Source of the DNA: Mobula hypostoma
Lineage: Eukaryota
Length of the DNA: 64,000 bases
Assembly: GCF_963921235.1 (NCBI RefSeq)
Contig: NC_086097.1
Coordinates: 193,442,001-193,506,000 of the forward strand
Direction of reading: 5' to 3'
Shown: positions 25,541 to 39,817 of the stretch, one piece after another
How the letters are laid out: each line of letters begins with the position of its first letter
Position numbering within the stretch: position 1 is the stretch's first letter
Program-made: the position numbers and the translations under genes
The notes under the pieces: model-generated
Database searches by the model: none
Seen by the model: the letters and a program-made list of their open reading frames with translations, nothing else
Told to the model about the DNA's origin: nothing

Positions 25541-28500
25541 GTCGTCATGTGGCTATCCCTCGAGATCAAGGATGATGGTCTTCGTTCCGTTGATCTACTT
25601 ATGGGCTCTTAGGTGGCTTATGAGTCCAATCTTGGCTTTGAAAGTTCTTCTGCATTCAGGACAGGTAGTTCCAGATGGCAAATCGGGCTTTGGTTGTTGC
25701 TGCCTCTCTCTCTATTTTCTCCTCTTTTCTTCTAATTCTGCATATCTGTTGGCTTCGAAAGTTGCTGTTCCTTCTCGGATGATGGCCTGCCAAAGTTTCC
25801 TGTGCTTGGCATTGGTTTCCCAATTGTTAATGTCGATGTTACCTTTCTTCATGTTCGCTTTTAAGATGTCTTTGAATCTCTTCTGTTGTCCACCTTTTTT
25901 ACGTTTGCCTTCTTTAAGCTGGGAGTAGAAGATTTGTTTCGGCAGATGTTCGTCTTTCATCCGAACAACATGATTGCTCCATCTTAGTTGGCTCTTGATG
26001 ATGTAGGCTTCAATGCTTGTTGTTTCTGCTTCATTTAGCACGCTGACTTTAGTTCTATCTTCGCAGCTGATATTTAAGATGTTTTGAAGACAGTGTTGAT
26101 AGAACTTTTCAAGTGCCTTCAGATGTCTTTGGTATGTTGTCCAGGTTTCCAATGCATACAGGAGTGTTGGGATGACCACTGCTTTGTACACTAACATTTT
26201 GGTGTCTGTTGAGATGTCACAATCATGAAAGATGCTTGTTCGGGGACATCTAAAAGCTGTTCCAGCGCATTTAAGAAGATGTTGGATCTTGTTATTAAGG
26301 TCAACATTGGAGGAGAGGTGACTTCCAAGATACGGAAAGTGGTCCACGTTTTCCAGGGTTGTTTCACCAAGTTGAATTGATGGTTTTATCTGATTTGTCT
26401 CAGTTGGTGATGGTTGGTAGATGATCTGAATCTTCTTGGAATTGATGGTAAGTCCAAGTTCCATGATTGCACAGTTGAAGGCAGTCAGAATCTGTTGTAG
26501 GTGGTTTTCTGAGAGAGCTGCTACACTGTTGTCATCTGCGTATTGAAACTCAATGAGGGAACTCGTGGATGTCTTGTTTTTGGATTGAGACGGGCAAGAT
26601 TGAAAAGTCTGCCTTCTGTTCTGTAGACAATTTCGATCCCTGGGGGTAGGTCATCCTTGATGATGTAGATGATTGTTGCAATGAATATGGTGAACAAAGT
26701 TGGGGCAATCATGCGTCTCTGTTTTACTCCTGATCTAACTTGAAAAGGCTTACAGTTACTATTGCTGACCATGACTGTGGCAAGCATGCCATTGTGGAGG
26801 AGTCTCAGGATTCGAATGTACTTTTCAGGGCATCCATAGGTAGATATGATATCCCATAGCAGTTCCCTTGATACCAAGTCAAAGGCTTTGGTGAGGTAGA
26901 TGAATGCCATGTACAAAGGTTGAAGTTGTTCATGACACTTTTCTTGTAGTTGTCGCATTGTGAAGGTCATGTTGATTGCTCCACGTGATGGTCTAAAACT
27001 GGGTTGAGTCTCTGGAAGGATCTTCTCGGCTAAAGGCTTGAGCCGGTTGTTCATGATGCGGGTGAGGATCTTTCCTTCTGTTGCTAACAGGGAAATTCCA
27101 TGATAGTTTCCGCATTCGGATTGATCGTCTTTCCTTTTGTAGATGGTAATGATTTCTGAGTCTCTAAGGTCTGCTGGTACGTCTTCATTTATCCAGATCT
27201 TGATGAGAAGTTGATGCAGTTGGTAATGAAGCAGGTTACCTCTAATTTTATAGACCTCTGCTGGTATTCCATCAAGTCCAGTGGCCTTGTTGTTTTTCAA
27301 GGTTTTGAGGTTTTGATGGCTTCCTTGACTTCTTCAAGTGTTGGTATTTTGCTTAGGGAGTCATCAACAGGCTGTTTTGGAATGCTGTCAATCACATTCC
27401 TGTCAAATGAGACCATTTGATTTAGAAGATCTTCAAAGTTCTCTCTCCATCTAGAATTGATGTCAGCATTGCTCTTCAGGATAGTTGAACCATCTTTGCT
27501 TTTAAGAGGGGCTTGACCGTGAGTGGATGGGCCAAAAATAGCTTTAGTTGCGTTGAAAAAGCCTTGAGTATTTTGGCTTCTGCTAGTTGTTGGATTTCCT
27601 GAGCTTTCTTCCTCCACCATTGGTTTTTCAGGTTTCGGGTGCTCTTCTGGACTTCAGCCTTGCATTCCTGATAGCGTTTCCTTTTGGTAGCTGATTGTTG
27701 GTCATTTTGTAAGGTGATGAAAGTTTTTCTCTTTTCGTCGATGAGTTGAAGTAGTTTGTCGTTATCATCGAACCATTCCTGATGTTTTTTCATCTTGAAC
27801 CCAATTGTTTCTTTGCAGGAGGTGATAATAGTGTTCTTCAATTGATTCCAGTGTTCTTCTATAGATGGTGGGATCTGTTGACACAGTTGTCCTTGCAGAT
27901 TTTGTTGGAACTTCTGTACATGGTTGATGTCTTGAAGGATGTCAACACTGAATTTCTTAATAGTGTTCTGATTTTGGTGTTTCATCTTGGGCCGAATCTT
28001 CATTCTCTTGGTGGACGAGATGAGTCACTGGTCTGTCCAGCACTCGTCGGCACCAGTAACAGCTCTTGTTATCAGTACATCTTGTTGGTCCTGAGATTGT
28101 ACGATGATGTGCCAGTGTTTGGAGTGTGGATGCTGCCAGGAGACTTTGTGCTTGTTTTTCTGGGGAAATAGGGTATTTGTAATCACCAGGTTGTGTTCAG
28201 CACATTTGGTGAGGAGGAGTGTTCCATTGGTGCTGACCTTGCCAACTCCTTCCTTGTTTATTATTCCAGTCCAGAGCCTATGATCTTTCCCAACTCTGGC
28301 ATTGAAGAGTCTCCCAAGAGAATGATCTTGTTGTTGTTGGGAACAGGGGGAAGGACATCGTCAAGTTGGGCGTAGAAGTTCACCTTTACTTCGTCTTCAG
28401 CATCCAGAGTTGGAGCATAGGCGCTGATGATGGTGGCATGTTGGTTGTTGACAAGCTGGATTCGCAGAGTCATGAGACGTTCGTTGATTCCCAGTGGTTG

Positions 28501-28745
28501 CTCTGTCAGCTTCTGAAGTAGGCTGTTCCAGATGGCAAAACCTACTCCTTTGATCCTCAGTTGTTCAAGATCAAGTCCTTTCCAGAAAAAAGTGTATTGA
28601 CCTTGCTCCTCCTTTAGTTGCCCTTCTCCAGCTCTGCGGGTCTCACTCAGAGAAATAATGTCAAAGTTGAATTTTTGGAGTTCCTGGGCAACAAAGGCAG
28701 TTTTCTCCTCTCTGGTCGGTCTGAGTTTGGGTTATCCATCAGAGA
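25541..28745 (-). mobile_element. RTE-clade LINE, near full-length ORF, multiply frameshifted
   Basis: Endonuclease motifs MDNPNSDRP, LSETR, RLMTLR..ATIISAYAPT; RT motifs KATGLDGIPAE, ILPETQ..FR, LTKAFD, GVKQ..APTLF; C-terminal FPYLGS and LLYALETWT (ORFs 25712..26464, 26521..27300, 27297..27620, 27476..28003, 28261..28473). Confidence 0.93.
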
Positions 28746-28804
28746 TCATAAATAAGTCAAAGGATATAGAGGGATGTAGATCATCTGAATTGTTAAACAG
28801 AAAG

Positions 28805-29540
28805 GTGTAGATAGAATTTAATTCATGCAAGTGTGAAGTGATGCATTTTGGGACATAAAATACTGGCAAGATATACAGAGTAAGTGGCAGGGACCTTAGG
28901 AGTGTTGATAAACAGAGAAATCTCGGGGTGCATATTTTATACTTACCTGAATATATTGACACAAGTAGCTAAGTTGATAAAGAAGGCATTTGGTGTGCTT
29001 GCGTTCATGGCCTGAAGCATTAAGTGTAAGATTTGGGATGTCGTATTGCAACTGTACAAAGCCTTGGTTAGGCCATTTTAGAGGTATTGCTTACAGTTCT
29101 GATTGCCACACTATATGAAGAATGTGGTAGCATTAGAAATGCTGAAGTGAGATTCACCAGGATGTTGAGCTTTAATTACAAAGAGAGTTTGAATAGGCTG
29201 AAGGAACACTTTATTTAGTTTATAAGATTTTGAGGGGTATAAATGAGAGAGTCTTTTTTCTCAGGACGAGAGAGTCTAAAACTAGGAGGCATAGGTTTAT
29301 GATTAGAGGGAAGAAATTTATAGGAGATCTGAGGGCATGTTTTTCACACAGGAAGTGGTGATGTGAAACAAGTAGCCAGAGGCAGTGGTATATGTACATA
29401 CAATACATTGTTTAAATTTTAAAAGGTATTTGGACAGGTACTTGAGTAGAAAAGAAGCAGGGGAACATGGTCCTAATACAAATGGCATGGACAATTTGGG
29501 CCTATTTCTGTGCTGTACAGCTCTATGATTCTCTGACTCT
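28805..29540 (+). mobile_element. decayed CR1 LINE 3' fragment
   Basis: EFNS.KCEVMHFG and LQLYKALVRP.LEY-like traces; CR1-type terminus GGGCCTATTTCTGTGCTGTA..CTCTATGATTCT. Confidence 0.8.
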
Positions 29541-29624
29541 TTCCATTCCCAATGAAAAGGCATTAACCTTGAGCATTAATTCAGTTTTTCTTCTACAAAA
29601 TTATTGTTTAATATGCTGGGTGTA

Positions 29625-29800
29625 AAAGACATAAGAAACAGAAATAAGAGTAGCCTTCTTCCTGTTATCAAAATCATGGCTGATCTTCTCCCTCACTATC
29701 TTCCTGCACTATCCCCAGATCCCTTGATTCCCTTAATATCCAGAAATTGATCAATCCATGTTTTGAATCTATTTAATGACACCCCACAGCCTCCAACCCC
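29625..29800 (-). mobile_element. old CR1 3'-end fragment
   Basis: ACATAAGAAA..AAATAAGAG..ATCATGGCTGATCT..CCCTTGATTCCCTTAATATCC, resembling a reversed CR1 tail. Confidence 0.55.
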
Positions 29801-30364
29801 CACCCCCCCTCACCCCCGGCATCACTCTGGCATAACCTTGCTGTTCTTACAGTATATTCTGTGGATGAACAAATGAAGGTAAAATCCTATATTTGCATCT
29901 CAAGATCCCTTGGTTCTATCCCCATCCAGACTCACAGCTTCCAAGTAATAAGTGACCTTTCTCTTCTTTCTACTAGAATGTAATACCTCTCACTTTATCT
30001 TGGTTGAAGTTGATTTGATTGTGATTCCAAAGTATTAAGGAAAATTGTGAACAGTGGGGAAGTGTAGGAATCCCAACATTGAGCCTGTAGAACACCATGA
30101 CCCACCTTCCTCAACTGCTACCCTTTGGTCCCTCTCCTTAACAAAATACAAATTACAATTGCCCGTTGTCCTGAACTATACTTATACCTGAAACATCACA
30201 TTTCTTTTTTACAATCTTACTATGTATAAACTGATTGTTGCATGTCTTAAAACAGTTCAAAAGTTTGTCTTTAGCTGCAAAGCACTTCAGAATATCCTGG
30301 TAATGTGAAGTGTGCCAGACAAGTGCAATTCTCATTTTCTCATTAGTATTTTTGTTGCAACAAA

Positions 30365-31085
30365 CAAAACTTCACAGCATAAAGAGTGAACAAAGCCCTC
30401 AGATGTGCAGTAGAGTCTGTAAGGAGAAGCAGTTGACATCTCGAGGAACCTTCATCAGAACTGGAAAAATAAGAAAATAGATTTGTTTTAGGTGTCAAAA
30501 AGGAGAAGTATGGATGAAACAGGGAATATCTGAAACTCCAGTCATCAAAATTGTCATGGTAATAATTGCTTTAGAATTTGCAGCTTTAAAATCAAGAAAT
30601 CATCTGTGAAGAGGGGTTTAAAAAGGAGTGGTTATCTGAAGTTCTTAAATTCAGTATTGAGCCCTGAGATTTCCTTCATACCCACAGAGAAGACAAGGTG
30701 CTGTTCTTCCATCTGATGTTGACGTTGTTGGAACAATGTAGGTGACTGAAGACAAAAGTGGTCAGTGGGATGGAGAATCAAAGTGACAGACCTAGGGATT
30801 TGGGTCATTCCCTGAGGAGTGAAAAATAGTCAATCCAATCTGCATTTGGCATCTCCAGTGAGGAAATTTTATCAGGAGCACCAAAAGCCTTACACTAAAT
30901 TGGAAGAAGTGCAAGTTAATTGCTGCTTCATCTCAAATGAGTTTTAGGATTTCTGGACAATGGAAATGTTTTAAAGGCAAGCATTGCATCTCTTCAGTTA
31001 TATAGGGAAGTGCCATGAAAAAAGCAAGTGGTTGGCGAAGATGGAAAAGTGTACCAGTAAGTCATGGAAGGGACAGTCCCTTCTG
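30365..31085 (-). mobile_element. old Penelope 3' fragment
   Basis: Reverse-strand CTGATGA hammerhead relic at 30452-30458, plus sequence resembling the GIY-YIG region at 1-290. Confidence 0.55.
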
Positions 31086-34000
31086 AATTTGTTTTCTCAT
31101 TGCTTCTAAGTGCTGATTTTAAATGTAGTCTGACAATTTTAGTCTACATCCTAACATAGACCTTTTGTCTAACCTTACCACAGACACTTCCTCTAATTTC
31201 TCTACCCCTTCTCTGCTCTCATGCTTAATCACTTCTGATGAAGATCCTTGACCTGAAATGTCAGTTCACCCCCTGAACGCTGCCTGATTTGCAGTGCTTC
31301 CAACATTTGCTGTTTCTGTTTCAGATTTTTTGCTCCAACACTTGAAGAACGTATGATAGTGTTGAAAGAGAACACCCAGATTCTCCAATAAAGCAGTGAT
31401 CAATTTTACAGACTCCACCCACTGTGATCAATCTACGCAGCATAGAATCAGGTATGAGACAATTAATGTGATCTTATCTAGTCTAACCTGGACTAACTAT
31501 TTCCTCCTGAATTCTGAGCTGGTACTAAGAGCTGTTCCAGTTCTTGCACGTTGTTATTCAAGCATTTTTAAACAAAAGAGTTACTATAATGTCCATTTAA
31601 ATTTGTCTTGAATTATTGTTTGAATTCGAAATGTTGCAATGTCTTTAAAATAAAGCAGTAAGTTATGAATGTGGAAAGAAATAGCTACATTGCTGTCAGC
31701 AACATCAGATGTGAATTCTGTGGAGATGACATGGAGATCATATGTTAACTGGTCATACAATTCTCTCTTATCTAGACTGTTTTAAAATATGCCAGTGATT
31801 TATTTGGGTACCTGTCACAAATCTATCTAATGAGTTGCTTAACAAGTCTTTGTCTGAAAATAGCTCAGAACATTTCAGCCTTTTGTAGGCTAATCCTTGC
31901 AGCTCATTGGATAATGAACATTTTGGGTGGAATATTTCCCTCACTATTTTTTTCTACCTAGAAATGACAGCAACTTGCTGTTTCCAGTTGCCTTTAATTC
32001 CATTCTTCAAAGATCTATTTTAGGTAAAGCAGTGAATGTTTTTATTACGACGTCTGGAGGTCACAGCCAAACTCAATGCTATTCTCACATGATCGAGGTG
32101 TGAGTATGTAGAGCAATTTCTTCTTAAACAGTGGGGATCTGGCCCAGGCCGATCTGACTAAGTACAGTATGAATCTGGATCAGAACTGGGACCTTTTTGA
32201 TTTGTGAGCGTTACTGCTCAATTGAAAAGCTCAGTTGATCAGGAGGAAAATTTTTATCTTTTTTATGTTGATATAAAGCCAACCAATATGTGTAGTTGTG
32301 TATATGTACTCAAATGTATCTGTATCAGAGTTTGTAATTTTAGGAAAGAAAGATTATACTGTTATTTATTTACAGACTACTTAAGTTCTAAGTTTTTCTA
32401 AGTTGGCAGCTGTCTGTGTATTGTCTTTAAAGATAGTGCTAAAACTAATGGGGAAAGCTATATCTTGTATAATGGTATATCAGTTTACATCACCAATACT
32501 GAAGCTGATTTCTCAGGAGTAGAGTAATAATAATTCCCCTGCAAGAGATCTACTGTAGAAATTTTTAGCAAAAGTATATAAAATAGAAGAATAAATACAT
32601 AATATGATACTATATTTCATCTATTCTATTCTTTGTGCTGTGACACCTCTTTATCTTTTGGGAAATGTTGAGAATAACTGGGATGCTTATTGAAAATGTC
32701 AAAGACAGTCACGTTGTTCTTTCCACTAGATGCCCTTCTCTGCAACTTAAAACATGTATGATTTGCATCTTGTCCTATTTCTGATGAAAGGACATTGGCC
32801 TGAAATGTTTACTCCGCAATGATAATGCCTGATGATCAATTAAGCATTTTCGTTTGCCTTTCACACAAAGATTAATAATCATAACATATTGGTTACCTGG
32901 GAAAGTTATTGAAGCACTTAGCACATACAAACTCAATAGATAACAAAATTATTTTCTAGAGAAAAGGCATGAAAGTCTCAAAATAACAGTTTAACATATT
33001 TTCATGTGCTGTTGCCAACATTTGAATGCCGAGGTATCCATTTAGTTTAAACAGACTTAGTTTTTGGACACAGGTTTCCTGATTTACTAACTAAGCACTA
33101 TGTGAAGATATCTTTAGATTGCTATATCAGTGGTGAAGACATACTAACGTATGTGGCAGCATGTAAGTGTGAAAGAGGGAGCACATTCAAAGTATTTACT
33201 TACCGAGCAATTATAGAGTTCAATAATGGCAATAATACAAAGAATGAAGCATATCTAAAGCTTGTGATGCCCACAAGGTTTATGTAGGCTTTTTATGAAC
33301 AGAGAACATCTGCTGCTAATATTGTCACTGACAGCTGCAGTCACAAGGGCAAATATATTAGATATAGAATATCTAAGACATATTGAAAAATTAGATACAG
33401 TTGCAGAAGCAAAAAGTAATAATGAACCTCAGAAACCAAATGCGAATTAAAATCTAATCAGATTTCCACTCATTGATGTGGTTCATAAAGCACAAACTAG
33501 CATGAGTCCCGCACAGTTCATAACCTTAGAACATCATGAGGTATTCTAAATCTATGTTTTGACCTTGCTGCACAGTCACTGTTGTATATCTCCATTATTC
33601 TTGATATAATTCAACTGATATAAAATAGAGTAGTCCCAGCTGTGATAAAAATAAACACTAAACAAATTAAAAAGCATTAAAAAAATCTCAAGGTGTTGCT
33701 AAAATGATTATAAAAAAGTCTTTAAACATGGCACAAATGAATTGCCAGTACATTATTTTGAATTAGATGAGTACATGGAAAGTTACAAGCAGCAACCAAC
33801 TAATATCTCTGACCACTATGGATGGGAATGATAGCACCAATTGTTAGGATTAAAATAGATTCCAGGAGACATTTGCCTATCATTCTAATTTATTATACTG
33901 TGTAACAGGACCCATTAGCTCACAACCTTAATCATATTGTGCTGTGATTGTGGCAGTGCTGGAAACAACACATTTTTGGCATGTAGCAAGGTGTCTGCAG

Positions 34001-36149
34001 ATGAGTAAACCCAAACAGTTTAATCTGTGATTATAGGAATATTAATAACATTCTAGTTTATTTTAGTAATTAGAAAAAGGAGGAGGAGAAGAATGAAAAC
34101 ATAAATTAATATATGTCCTACCTATTTTCTTTTGTAATTTAGTTAGTTTTAATATTTTAGTTTAGATACATGCTTTTCTGCTCTAGTTATCACAAAACCA
34201 CAAATGTAAAATATTTGTCAGTGAATTTCAAATAATTACACAAAAGATTTTTTAAATAAATTATTTCTATCTCAAAATGTGTCACTTCGTTCATTAAGTG
34301 CAAGTGTGTCCCACTTTCATTTCCTGCTATGTGCTAAGTTCAAACTGGCTGGAGAGTGATATAAGTTCCTTGCCATTTCTGAGTTAAGCAAATTATGTTT
34401 CAACTTCTGTCTACTATCTGCACTACACATAAAGACAAGATTAGGTTTGACTATGAATACCTGAAAAAATTATTTTGTTGGGATCACCCTAACATCTAAA
34501 TAGAGATTTCTCCAAAATCATTATTATATGGTAGTAATATTGTCATTGAGCCCTGCAGGCCTCTACAGTGAGCCATAGAACACTGGGCTCCTAGGTTTCT
34601 CGAGCACCTGTATTTACTAATTGTTGTCTTAAATAGAGTTGTTAAGTCCTTGTGCTTTCTCCTTAACCTTGTCAAGTTTATTTTGACTGGCATGGGTTTT
34701 CTGTGTTCTGAGATTATTTAAAGCGGATTCCTGATTAGCGCTTATCGTGGGGACCTTGTGTTGAGAATGTTTCATCTCGCAGTGTTGCATGGTCATGCCA
34801 TTGCTGTTCTGTTTGAATTCCTGTGTATAAACGTATATTTCTTTCTCTACACGGGAGTCTGTCATTCCTCCGCACTTGGGTTCAGTTGCCAGCTTTCACC
34901 ATGACAAATGGACAGTAATACTTATATTTGCAAATGTCAGTTACTGAAAATATGTGAGATGCTCTACTGAAGAATCGTAATTGAGAACATCTTTATGTTG
35001 GAAGTATAGATGTGTTCACAGCCAGAGAACCATTCTAAAATTAGCTATCATAGCAACCATATGCAAAAGGTCCTTGCTCCAACATGTCAATATGACCCTG
35101 GTTGCCAGCATATCTTCTTCAAGGAAAGATCACCACCTGTCACTTAATGTCAGGCTTGTCATTAAAAGTTCTACTTGGTGGATAATGGATAATCTGCATG
35201 GATTTGCAACCAAAATTTCTGGCGATAATCAGGATATCTCAGTTTTTTAATACAGCTAAACCAGCACAGATTAATACTGTGTAATAGTTTGATCAGTTTT
35301 ATTTACTTAATTGGGTGAGAAAGATGGGTAAGGGGACCATGTAAGGGAGAGGTCCTGAGAAGAAGACACAAGTGTTCAGAATATTTTTCACTAGATTATT
35401 TTCATGTATCACTTGAAGGTTTTTTTCCAAGTACTAGAGCTGACTTAATGATTTTATAAATTATAAAGTAATAAAAAATGAGAAACCTGCTGTCATTGGT
35501 TCTGAAGGCCTTGCTTGAGGAGGGCTTCATAACTGTAGATATGCTCTTCTGCTGAAAACGGTCCATTTCAGTACTTTTCTCTCACTGGAAATCAAACTTC
35601 AGTGTGTGGCTGCAGGCCGAGCTCATGGTGTTACTTCTATAACCGTGCCTCTGTAAATTTTGGAGTCCTATTTAGGCATTGTTGCTTTATCAAATTTTGT
35701 TGTAATACTTAAACATGGTAACCAATAGGTGATGAGATGCCTTTTGAGTTCACTTTATTCATGGAACTCTGACTTCCTCTCCCCGATGCTGTTTTACCAG
35801 TATTGTTGTCATCAAAGCCAGAATGATTAAGTAACCACAGAGGGACCAGAGCCTATTTTTTAATGAAGTGAGACTAATTCTGGGTCCATATTGGCCCTTC
35901 TGGGTTTAGCAGATGTTCTCTTCATACCTCTGATTTTGAGACTCAATATTGGCTGAAAAAATGTTTCACTCAATTTCATCCACTGCATCAGATCTTTTGA
36001 AGTCAGGCTTGTTTTACCTTGGCTGTAGAAGATAGTACATCATTTTTGATTTAAATTTTGCTATTTTTCATAGCTTTTACTGACATTATTTACGTTAACT
36101 TTTTGAGTGTCAAGTTTAATATGCATGGAACAGAATTCACCAGTGGTTA

Positions 36150-36700
36150 TTTAGATTCAGATTCAGATTTATTTATCACTTGTAAGTACATTGAAACTTA
36201 AAGTAAAATATGTTGTTTGAATTAACAGCCAAGACACCTAAAGATGTGCTGGGGCAGCCCACTAGTGTCACCACAATTTTCAGTGTCTTCATAGCATGCC
36301 TACAGTGTTCAGCAGAACAACACAAACACCGGTAACAACAGTAAAAAAAACAACAAACAAGCCCTTTCTCACCCACCAACTCACATACACTGAAAGGTCT
36401 CCAAAACCAGGATAGGCTGCCTCCAGGCCTCCAGTGAGCACAGACATCTGCTTGCTCTGCAGGCTTTCTAGAGCAAGGCATTCAGAAATTGCACTCACGT
36501 ACTAACATAGGCCTCCAGGGCCACTTGCTGCCAGGAACACATGGACATAGCTCTGAAGGATCTCTATGCTCACATGCCCAAAGGATATGTGTCTGTGGGA
36601 ACTGTTCTTCATCAGCCAGTTCAGGTTCCTCTGATAGCACTGTCTGTCCATCATTTCAGCATCTATTCATGTCACTGGTACTGTAGTATGTTTTTAGACC
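36150..36700 (-). mobile_element. LINE-type 3' tail fragment
   Basis: Begins with (AGATTC)n TTTATT, i.e. a reversed AATAAA plus short tandem tail. Family and right boundary are uncertain. Confidence 0.45.
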
Positions 36701-36824
36701 TGTTTGTGAAGACCACAGCTGCAAGTCAAGAACTGTGAGAAATTGCAGCAGACCAGGAGGGGACACTGAAATGTAACTAATACTACCCATTCCATGGCAT
36801 GCTCACACAGGAAACCAGACAACT

Positions 36825-38185
36825 CTGTCTGTATTGGTGCTGCTTCATGCACCATGCTGTGCTCGTCAATTTCATCAACTTTGCGTCCAAATTCCATCTT
36901 GCCCTTAAATTCACTTGTTGCATTTCTAGCACCTCTGTCCCCTTTCTAGATCTCTCTGTGTCCGTCTCTAGAGACAAGTTGTCTAACAACATCTTTTATA
37001 AACCTACTGATTCGCATGGCTTCTTCCCACCCTGTCTCCTGTACGAATACTATTCCCTTTTCTCAGTTCCTCCATCTCCGCCACATAAATTCCCAGGATG
37101 AGATTTTCCTTCCCAGGTCTTATTCTTCATCATTGATATTGACCTTACTCACATCTCATCTATTTCCCAGACATCTGCAGTTATCCTATCTTCCCACTGC
37201 CTTAGTAAAGACAGAGTTCCTCCTGTCCTCACCTACCACCTCACAAGCTTCCACAGCCAATGCACATCCTTCGCAACTTCTGCCATCTTCAATGGGATCC
37301 TACCACCAAACACATCTTTACCTCCCTTCCCTTACTCTCTGCTTTCTGCAAGGATTGCTGCTTCTATGATTCACCTGTCAATTTGTCCCTTCCCGCTAAT
37401 CTCCTTCCTGACACATATCCCTGTAAGTGACAGAAATGCTACATTTGCCCATTTGCCTCCTCCCTTACCTCCATTCCGGGCCCTGAACAGTCCTTCCAGG
37501 TGAGGCAACACCTCACTTACGATTCTGTTGGAGTCATCTACTGTATACAGTGCAGCCTCCTCCTCTACGTTAATGAGACCCAACATACATTGGGGGACCG
37601 CTTTGTTGAGCACCTCCACTCCATCTGCCAAAAGTGAAATTTCCTGGTGGCAAACCTTTCTAATTCCTATCCCCAGTCGCATTCTGACATGTCAGTCCAT
37701 GGCCTCCTCTTCTGCCCCGATGAGGCCACTCTCAGGGTGGAGGAGAAACATCTCGTATTCTGTATAGCTAGTCTCCAACCTGATGGCATGAACATTGATT
37801 TCTCCTTCTGGTAATCTTTTTATCTATTTCTTCTTCTTCTTCTTCTTTTCCCTTTCCCCTTCCCCTTCCCCTTTCTTCTATTCCTCATTCTGGCCTGTTA
37901 CCTCTTCTCCTCACCTCCACCAGTACTCCTCCTTGTTCCCTTTTTCCCATGGTCCACTCTTCCTTCCTATCAATTTCCTTCTTCTCCAGCCCTTTCCCTT
38001 TCCACCTAGCATCACCTATCGCATTCTAGTTTGTCCTCCTTCCTCTCCCCCACCTTTTTATTCTGGCATCATCCTCCTTCCTTTCCATCCTGATGAAGGG
38101 TCTCGGCCCAAAACATTGACTATTTATTATTCCATTGAGGCTGCCTGACCTGCTGAGATCCTCCAGGATTCTGTGAGAGGTGCAA
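36825..38185 (+). mobile_element. Penelope-like element (RT C-terminus, GIY-YIG, pyrimidine-rich tail, hammerhead relic)
   Basis: LVNFINFASKFH.ALKFT, PFLDLSVS..IFYKPTDSH, GPEQSFQVRQHLT..SVGVIYCIQC; CTGATGAAGGGTCTCGGCCCAAAAC at 38090-38114. Confidence 0.88.
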
Positions 38186-38694
38186 TTGAAGTTCCTGTTT
38201 TTATGTGACAAACCACCTTGAGGTTGACCCACAAAACTGTTAATATGCCCAAAAAAGTATGTCTAGAGTTATTTCTCTGCTGTTATTTCTGTGCTTTATT
38301 GAGTACAGCTCCTTTCATACTACTTGGTGGCAATTGTGATGTAAACCTGTTCTATCTACTCTTGAGGTCAGAATCAGAATTAGGTTTAATATCAGAGATT
38401 CAAAGTGCATTTATTACGAAGTATGCATGCAGAATACAATGCTGAGATTTGTCTTCCCACAGACAACCTTGAAACAAAGAAAACCACAGGATCCATTCAA
38501 AGAAAAATATCAAACCCCCAAAGCGCAAAGAACAACTCATGCAAATGGCACAAAAAAGAGTGAAAAACACAGAATATAAAACAGCAAAACTGTCCAGGAA
38601 TATACAGTTCACTGGCATATGTCATGAAATTTGTTATTATGCAGCTGCAGTACATTACGATACATAGAATAAAGACTGTAAATAACAGTCAGGG

Positions 38695-38696
<2 letters not shown>

Positions 38697-38742
<46 letters not shown>
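38697..38742. repeat. (GT)23 microsatellite
   Basis: Direct reading. Confidence 0.98.
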
Positions 38743-38744
<2 letters not shown>

Positions 38745-39189
38745 AAAGGTTAAATTAAATAAGTAGTGCAAAAAGAGAAAAAAACATAGTGAGGTAGTTA
38801 GGCTTCTCTAGCTCCTCCCTGAAGATAGCAATGAGAAGAGGGCATGTCCTCAGTGATGGGGTGGGGTGGTCCTTAATAGTGGATGCCACCTTTTGAGGCA
38901 TTGCTCCTTGAAGATATTTCAGGTACTGGTGAGGCTTGTGCTCAAGATGGAGTAGACTTACTGTCATAATGTGATGACAGTTAATCCTGGGATACTGATT
39001 CAAATGATTTAACATTAGTCCTGTATTGGTAACAACGATTGCACTTCACTGTGAACAGATCAAATAAAATATATGTTGTGGTATTTTATTGTGTATGATA
39101 CCATTTGTGGCTCTCTGAGTGGAGCTGTAATCTCTGTGGGAACCTTCTCACCAACATCATTGACTCAGCATTTTCATGGAGCGCGTGAT

Positions 39190-39817
39190 GTTATCTAAAA
39201 CTTTGACAAACTTCTATAGATGCACAGTAGGGAGTATACTGACTGGTTATATCACGGTCTGGTATGGAAACACCAATGCACTTGTAAGGAAAAGCCTATA
39301 AAAAGTAGTGGATACAGCCCAGTCCAACATGGGTAAAGCCCTCCTGACCATTGAACGTATCTACATGGAGTGCTGCGCAGGAAAGATGCATCCATCATCA
39401 AGGATGTCTACCATCCAGACCATGCTCTCTTCTTGCTATTGCCATCAGGAATGAGGTACAAGAGACTCAGGTCCCACATCACAAGGTTCAGGAATAGTTA
39501 TTTCCCCTCAGCCATCAGGGGATAACTTCACTCACCCAAACACTGATATGGTTCCACAACCCATGGACTCACTTTCAAGGATGCAACTCATGTTCTTGAT
39601 ATTTATTTCATATTTATTTATTATTATTTTGATTTTTTTTCTCTTTTTGTATTTTGCACAGCTTGTTGTATTTTGCACATTGGTTGTCTTTCAACTTCAT
39701 TGTGTATGGTAGTTTCTGTGTAGTGTCTGTGAGTGCCCACAAGAAAACGAATCTCTGGGTCGTATGTGGTGTCATACATAGATGTACTTTGATTATAAAT
39801 TTAGTTTGAACTTTGAG
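39190..39817 (+). mobile_element. Rex/Babar- or L2-type LINE 3' fragment
   Basis: KTLTNFYRCTV.SILTG.ITVWYGN, HP.HALF.LLPSG.RY and RFRNSYFPSAIR; tail TTTGAACTTTGA. A related tail lies at 40085-40355 and reversed fragments at ~38370-38960. Confidence 0.8.

Noticed and set aside
31960..32110. Candidate small exons (AG/GT-bounded open stretches)
   Set aside because: No recognisable protein similarity or partner exons; such signals occur by chance.
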